From sequence record OM718002.1: 64,000 bases of DNA; one strand, written 5' to 3'. Positions 57,640 to 64,000 of this stretch are shown here, in pieces. The position numbers and the translations under genes are program-made. The notes beneath the pieces are model-generated. The model made no database searches and was not told where the DNA came from. It saw nothing but the letters and a program-made list of their open reading frames with translations. The first letter of the stretch is position 1. Every line of letters begins with the position of its first letter.

Positions 57640-60008
57640 TATACTACTTCCTCAAGTTCGATTTTCATCAGTCCAGTGGTATTGGATACAGCGTTTGCTG
57701 AGTCACAGTTATACCACTTATTGCCATCCTTGATGGTGTAGGTGTCAACTTGATTTGCATCGTCCGCCTTATAAGTGAAGTTTAAGCTACCAGTAGAACC
57801 TTTAGATAGGTTACTGCAACGTAGTTTACCAGTATTGGTTACTTCAGTACCAATATCAGTTTCACGGTTCGGCCAAGCAGCCACACTTAGAGTGCGGAAT
57901 ACAAATCCACCTAGTACGTAAGTACCACCATTTACACTATTAGCTTCAACACCAGCTAAACCTTTTAGAACCACACTGTTAAAATCGTAGGTTCCTTTAG
58001 GATCATCGTCATGTACTAGTAACGCACGTGTCCATACCTTACCAGTGGCGTCAGATTTCCAATCCTCAGTAGCCCACTTACCGCCAGGCGCATTCATGGC
58101 CGGAGCTGCACTTAGTTTCTGAGTAGAGGTTAAAGTAATGACATGACTTTGTACTTGGGTTCCAAAGTTACCACCTGAGCGAAGGCGAGCTGCTGGATAG
58201 GTAACCGTTGCAGTAGGAGCCGCATTTGCAATAGCTACAACAGCAGTAGCCGTAGCTACACTACCATTAGCTGCACGTTTAGCAGTAATTAATAGGTTAT
58301 TAGTGCTGTCGTTATAAGTACCAGACTTATAAGTAACTACCTTAGCAATTTCTGCTTCATTTGCACTGGTTATAGTGAGCTGATCATTTGGTGAGGAATA
58401 AACCACACTATCAGCATTAGATACTGTATTGGCTACAGTAGCAGTTTCACCTACTTTAATAGCACTTTGACCAGACGGATAAGTTACTTGACCAATATTA
58501 ACAACTGGGCGAAGATCGTTTAACTGCATGGTGTTAATTTTATCTTCGGAACCAGCATCACTGGAAGTAAACCATTCTGACCATGAACCAGTGGATTTCT
58601 GAACACGTACACGGAAACCATATGCCTTAGTAGTATTACCACGGTCAGCTACGTAAAGACCAGTAACCTCTAGTTCTTTAGTAGGTGCAACAGTACCACT
58701 ACTTTCTTTCAGTGCACCAAAGTCAGCAATTTCGTATGCTACTATATTTTCATCAGTAACTACTTTAATTGCAACAAGGTCATCTTCTTTAAGTTCTGTT
58801 TGACCTAACGGATAACCGCCAGTAAATACAGCACTAGTAATATTAGCGGGAGTATCGGCTAATACCTTAGTAGTGAATTTAGCCCCATCGGCGTGTTCTA
58901 CAACAATATCAGCATAACCTTCAGTAGTGGGTGCACCAAGATCAATATCGGCAGTAGCAATCCACATAGGTGGATTAACGCCAGGAGTTACAACTGCATC
59001 TATGTTATTGATTTTAACACTAGGTACATAACTAGAATGTCCAGTTATTGCATCAACGATAACTCGAACATTACTAGTAGTTGATAGGCATGACTGTACG
59101 CTGTGCCCATCGGGGGTACGCACAATACTACCTACGTTCTGACTGGGGTCAGTTGCTTGTACATCTTTGACGAATACACCGCCACTAATACCTTCATTTT
59201 TAGGAAGGTTCTTAAGATCAACAGTTGATTCATCAGCGCCTTCAACAATACGGATATTGCCGTCATTCTTGAATGCAATGTAATCAGTTAAACTACCAAT
59301 CTGGAATTCACCATTGTCGTAAATACGAATTTCAGACTCAGGTAATTCGGGTAATGCACCTTGCGTAGTGGGTGCAGAGGCGTTCTTTAGATAAGAATAA
59401 CCTTCTGCTTCCATACGGCCTTGTTCCATCATACGCTGTGGTACTTTATCACCAGCGGTTAAGTCATCTTGATTTAGGCGCTTATCAAACAGGAAAGCAA
59501 AGTTATGGAAAGCAGCGTTGGATGATAATCCACCATTCTTACCAGTTACACGCAGTACATCTTTAACTGTATAGCCTTGTTGATTTAAGAGTGTCTGGAG
59601 TAGTTCAGCAGTCATGGTTGCATGCAGTGATGTTAACCATTCCTGTTCAGTACCTTGGAAACCATTTTCCACAGCTACTTCATATGCACTCTTACCAGCA
59701 TCACCTTTAAGGGATGCTATAAACTCTTCTTCAGTACCAACGAAACCTAGATCGACTGCGATTTGATAAGAAGATTTACCTTTAAGCGAATCAAGCCATT
59801 CGGTTTCAGTTCCCTGGAAACCATTTTTAACGGCAATCTCGTACGCACTAAGACCGGGTGCTCCAGTCTGTAGTTTTGACAGCAGAAACTTATAGTTATC
59901 GACTTGACCAGCTGCATCGGTATGAATTAATTCAATATACTCGCTATCGTTAAGAGTAGCTAGATCCGGCAGTTGACTGATCTTGCCTTTGTCTGTAGCA
60001 TTTGCCAT
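57639..60008 (-). CDS. gp145: tail fibre-associated structural protein
   Basis: 789 aa; N-terminal KISQLP motif, SAYEIAV repeats, Ig-like beta-rich C-terminal region; TAATG-coupled to gp146. Confidence 0.85.
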   Translation of the reverse strand: MANATDKGKISQLPDLATLNDSEYIELIHTDAAGQVDNYKFLLSKLQTGAPGLSAYEIAVKNGFQGTETEWLDSLKGKSSYQIAVDLGFVGTEEEFIASLKGDAGKSAYEVAVENGFQGTEQEWLTSLHATMTAELLQTLLNQQGYTVKDVLRVTGKNGGLSSNAAFHNFAFLFDKRLNQDDLTAGDKVPQRMMEQGRMEAEGYSYLKNASAPTTQGALPELPESEIRIYDNGEFQIGSLTDYIAFKNDGNIRIVEGADESTVDLKNLPKNEGISGGVFVKDVQATDPSQNVGSIVRTPDGHSVQSCLSTTSNVRVIVDAITGHSSYVPSVKINNIDAVVTPGVNPPMWIATADIDLGAPTTEGYADIVVEHADGAKFTTKVLADTPANITSAVFTGGYPLGQTELKEDDLVAIKVVTDENIVAYEIADFGALKESSGTVAPTKELEVTGLYVADRGNTTKAYGFRVRVQKSTGSWSEWFTSSDAGSEDKINTMQLNDLRPVVNIGQVTYPSGQSAIKVGETATVANTVSNADSVVYSSPNDQLTITSANEAEIAKVVTYKSGTYNDSTNNLLITAKRAANGSVATATAVVAIANAAPTATVTYPAARLRSGGNFGTQVQSHVITLTSTQKLSAAPAMNAPGGKWATEDWKSDATGKVWTRALLVHDDDPKGTYDFNSVVLKGLAGVEANSVNGGTYVLGGFVFRTLSVAAWPNRETDIGTEVTNTGKLRCSNLSKGSTGSLNFTYKADDANQVDTYTIKDGNKWYNCDSANAVSNTTGLMKIELEEVV
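59622..59849 (-). repeat. three tandem ~25-aa SAYEIAVxNGFxGTExEWLxSL repeats
   Basis: SAYEIAVKNGFQGTETEWLDSLKG / SSYQIAVDLGFVGTEEEFIASLKG / SAYEVAVENGFQGTEQEWLTSLH. Confidence 0.9.
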
Positions 60009-60110
60009 TTTTATTTCCTTGCTGTATAAGAAACACTAACATGTTAGTCTTTCGAAGAAGACTCATACAGTAATGTACTATTGCTAATGAGTAATATTTT
60101 AACAACATAA

Positions 60111-60130
60111 GAGAGTCCCGAAGGACTCTC
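60111..60130 (-). terminator. intrinsic terminator, UUCG loop
   Basis: Minus strand GAGAGTCC-TTCG-GGACTCTC-TTATG after the endolysin gene. Confidence 0.8.
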
Positions 60131-60213
60131 AAAAAGTTACATTGACACAAGATGTGGTTTATCATGAGGGGAAGTTTCACATGATACCATAGACTCCATT
60201 CTATTGCTACATC

Positions 60214-61035
<822 letters not shown>

Positions 61036-61057
61036 TTAGGTTCATTGAGGGTATTAC

Positions 61058-61591
61058 TTAACTTTCTAGATAACGGATAGTCCCATTTTCTAGATAACGT
61101 GCTGCGCCATTCTCTAATAGCCGGATAGTATCCGATGTATCATCAATACGTTGAATTAGTATATTACATTCACCATAGTAAGCATAACTACTCGACATAG
61201 CTACTATCGTGTATGGAACAACATCCGTAGTTGCATTGATTGGTGTTGTATCAAATGAAACATCATCTGGTCCAAGCTTCCAACCCCGTGAACGGTTGAT
61301 TTCTTCAGCAATTGCTTTAGGTGTTAAAGTACCAACTATCTTAAGGATAGATCCTTCACCAATAGCTCGTGGATCAGCAAAATCTAACCGACGGTAAGTT
61401 AACATGTACTTAATGTCAGTAGTAATGTCGATCATTTCAATAAATGTACGTCCAGGCTCAATCGTGGTTGGACTAAAAAACATATCTTCAAATGTAACTG
61501 TTTCTGGTTTGAAGTTTATTTTTAAATCATCCCGCGCAAGTTTTACTAGCGCGTCCCTCGATGCCATGTCATACGGAAAGATATCCTGCAT
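61058..61591 (-). CDS. putative virion-associated protein (177 aa)
   Basis: AGAGG RBS; LTYRRLDF motif; C-terminal RLLENG/RYLENG/RYLES repeat. Confidence 0.75.
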   Translation of the reverse strand: MQDIFPYDMASRDALVKLARDDLKINFKPETVTFEDMFFSPTTIEPGRTFIEMIDITTDIKYMLTYRRLDFADPRAIGEGSILKIVGTLTPKAIAEEINRSRGWKLGPDDVSFDTTPINATTDVVPYTIVAMSSSYAYYGECNILIQRIDDTSDTIRLLENGAARYLENGTIRYLES

Positions 61592-61638
61592 GTCAAACCT
61601 CTATAGTGGTAAAATGTTTAATCCACATAGCATTATAA

Positions 61639-61663
61639 AGCCTTCCTCTTCAAGAGGAAGGCT
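61639..61663 (-). terminator. intrinsic terminator
   Basis: AGCCTTCCTCT-tca-AGAGGAAGGCT, 11-bp stem, minus-strand TTATAAT tail. Confidence 0.8.
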
Positions 61664-61673
61664 ATTATAGTTT

Positions 61674-62069
61674 TTATTGCATAAGCATCTTTATTAATTC
61701 AAAGGTACCTTGCACAATAGTCTTTAACACATTGGCACTTTCTTCTGACATAGGTGCACCAGATAAAACCACCATAGTAGATACTGATGCCCCAATAAGA
61801 GTAACACCACCAGCTAATACCAATACCGCATTACGGTAAGAATCTTTAGCCTTCACTTCAGCAATTTCCCGGCTGAGAATTTTATATTGAAGATCTGAAT
61901 CGGTAATAGCATAAATTAGACTAAGTACTTCCTCACCAGTTATACTTAGATTTATACGTTGTTCCTTTTCCAATACACTATTTAAATAGGTACGTATCTT
62001 CTTTCCATAGTCTTTAGAAGAAGATAAAGGATTACCATCGATCTCAATCAGAACGTCCTCTAGGGTCAT
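61674..62069 (-). CDS. membrane protein, holin candidate (about 131 aa)
   Basis: GGAG RBS before MTLED; TM AVLVLAGGVTLIGASVSTMVVL plus C-terminal amphipathic helix; last gene of the spanin operon. Confidence 0.6.
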   Translation of the reverse strand: MTLEDVLIEIDGNPLSSSKDYGKKIRTYLNSVLEKEQRINLSITGEEVLSLIYAITDSDLQYKILSREIAEVKAKDSYRNAVLVLAGGVTLIGASVSTMVVLSGAPMSEESANVLKTIVQGTFELIKMLMQ

Positions 62070-62406
62070 GACTATTCTCCAAATTACGTTGACGTTCGTT
62101 CCATTCACGCAATTTGTCTACTTGGATATTACATAGTCCAAGTGCATCAGTTTGTAAAAGCCAATGTTCGGTCATAAGTAAGAAACGTGCTTCATTCTCA
62201 TCAGTAACCCCAACAGCTTTATATCTATCTAATGCATTGATGATCTCATTAGCTGTAGGTGGGGCTTCTACATCACAAGGGAGAAGCAAACTACTTGGGA
62301 TTGCAACTGGTATTTTCACGGGAGGCGGCACAGTAGTGCTCGTACATCCGTTTAGCAATAACATTAATAGACTTATTAATGCTATCTTTTTTTGTGTCAG
62401 TTTCAT
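62044..62406 (-). CDS. outer-membrane spanin (o-spanin, Rz1-like lipoprotein)
   Basis: MKLTQKKIALISLLMLLLNG-C lipobox, Pro-rich TVPPPVKIPVAIP..LLLPC; 5' end overlaps the i-spanin gene. Confidence 0.88.
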   Translation of the reverse strand: MKLTQKKIALISLLMLLLNGCTSTTVPPPVKIPVAIPSSLLLPCDVEAPPTANEIINALDRYKAVGVTDENEARFLLMTEHWLLQTDALGLCNIQVDKLREWNERQRNLENSHDPRGRSD

Positions 62407-62797
62407 GTTTAATCTCAGTAGTGGTACTTTCCCCATTAGTTGTTTTAGCTTTAACCTCAGGCCATACAGGGGGAGTATATCCACGACCTGATAAACTAAT
62501 GTACTCATCAATCACCTCAGTGCGTGATTGCGCCTGCTCTTTTTGTATCTCTTTCTTTTTAGTAATTAGTTCAGCTTGAATTTTATCGGAGATACGGTCT
62601 GATTCAATCCTAACCTTTTCTGCCGCTTCATAAGATTTAATTTTTCCAATTAAATCTGTAGAGCGAACAAGTTCCGTCTCATAACTATTTTTGTAATATA
62701 TGATACCAATTAAGGCACCTATCAGAATAACTAATAGTAACCATATATGCAATGGCACACTACCAATTATTTTTCGTATACCTGCTAATAGGAACAT
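62291..62797 (-). CDS. inner-membrane spanin (i-spanin, Rz-like)
   Basis: N-terminal TM LHIWLLLVILIGALIGIIYY, coiled coil, C-terminal Cys pair (HYC...SC). Confidence 0.85.
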   Translation of the reverse strand: MFLLAGIRKIIGSVPLHIWLLLVILIGALIGIIYYKNSYETELVRSTDLIGKIKSYEAAEKVRIESDRISDKIQAELITKKKEIQKEQAQSRTEVIDEYISLSGRGYTPPVWPEVKAKTTNGESTTTEIKHETDTKKDSINKSINVIAKRMYEHYCAASRENTSCNPK

Positions 62798-62812
62798 TGT
62801 TGCCTCGAATTG

Positions 62813-63376
62813 TTAAACAATCCTAGTAAGGTAGTAGTAAGCTATCGCACAAGCATCCATAGAGTGATCATCTAGACTATCTATGTCGATGTTCCATGTG
62901 ATATCAGTACGAGAGCGCATTGCTTCTTTAACATCGTCTTTAGTAGTACCCTTTACTTTTTTCATACCAGCATTGATCTTAACTGTGGTCGGATCAATCA
63001 TGTATAAAGGTATAAATCTATCATACTCGTATAATGCTCTATGTACATAGGTTACACATTCTACAAGTACAGCGAAGCTTTGGGCAAACTTACCAAGATA
63101 GTTAGATTCTACAATCACTGCATGTGGCTTTTCTGTATGCAGTATATTTAGTACCACATCACTCATTTGCTGCATTCTAGTGAATCTACTACCATGAACC
63201 TCGGAAATGGCAGCATATGCCGGATTTGTATCTTTAAGGTGGCAAGTAAATGCATTACGTACCACCTTATTACTTCCATCCAACTTATCTTCCAGAATAG
63301 CTATGCCGAGGTTTTGTGAACCAGGGTCTAATGCTAGTACCCGAAATGGCTCATCACTCGCTGGAAGCTTAAGCAT
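62813..63376 (-). CDS. ruvC: RuvC-like Holliday junction resolvase
   Basis: VLALDPGSQNLG, VIVES, KDDVKEAM, DDHSMDACAIA acidic catalytic motifs. Confidence 0.88.
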   Translation of the reverse strand: MLKLPASDEPFRVLALDPGSQNLGIAILEDKLDGSNKVVRNAFTCHLKDTNPAYAAISEVHGSRFTRMQQMSDVVLNILHTEKPHAVIVESNYLGKFAQSFAVLVECVTYVHRALYEYDRFIPLYMIDPTTVKINAGMKKVKGTTKDDVKEAMRSRTDITWNIDIDSLDDHSMDACAIAYYYLTRIV

Positions 63377-63378
63377 AT

Positions 63379-64000
<622 letters not shown>

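Noticed and set aside
60142-60165. TTGACA...TATCAT sigma70-like promoter on + strand
   Set aside because: Spacer is only 12 nt and no + strand gene follows

Overview
AT-rich 64 kb segment of a Pseudomonas jumbo phage of the phiKZ group (Phikzvirus-like, nucleus-forming lineage). It reads as the reverse complement of the phiKZ reference order, from roughly gp200 (window start) down to gp139 (partial, window end). The assignment rests on recognisable proteins: the 260-aa endolysin (gp144, near-identical to the phiKZ protein as I remember it), the tail protein with a lytic transglycosylase domain (gp181), virion RNA polymerase subunits (gp180 with ADFDGD, gp178, gp149), prohead protease gp175, head proteins gp162/163, spike and PAAR, SbcC/Rad50-like ATPase, RNase H, UvsX, collagen-like fibre gp146, spanins, RuvC and thymidylate kinase. 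gp numbers come from memory plus synteny and protein size, not from a database search. Non-coding features include about 20 hairpin terminators, three TATATTAC early promoters on the minus strand, and two longer structured intergenic elements. I saw no tRNA, rRNA, CRISPR array, intron or transposase. The most notable observations: (1) a Tad1-like immune-signal sponge domain fused to an acidic N-terminus with a prohead-protease-type motif, located in the late tail operon, so possibly virion-delivered anti-defence; (2) a second spanin-like membrane/lipoprotein pair; (3) a family of near-identical palindromes at convergent gene junctions, plus terminator + early-promoter cassettes; (4) an early operon of three membrane-anchored proteins; (5) an orphan HigA/XRE-like regulator; (6) tandem foldon-like repeats in the collagen fibre; (7) a 58-aa ORF missed by the ORF track.
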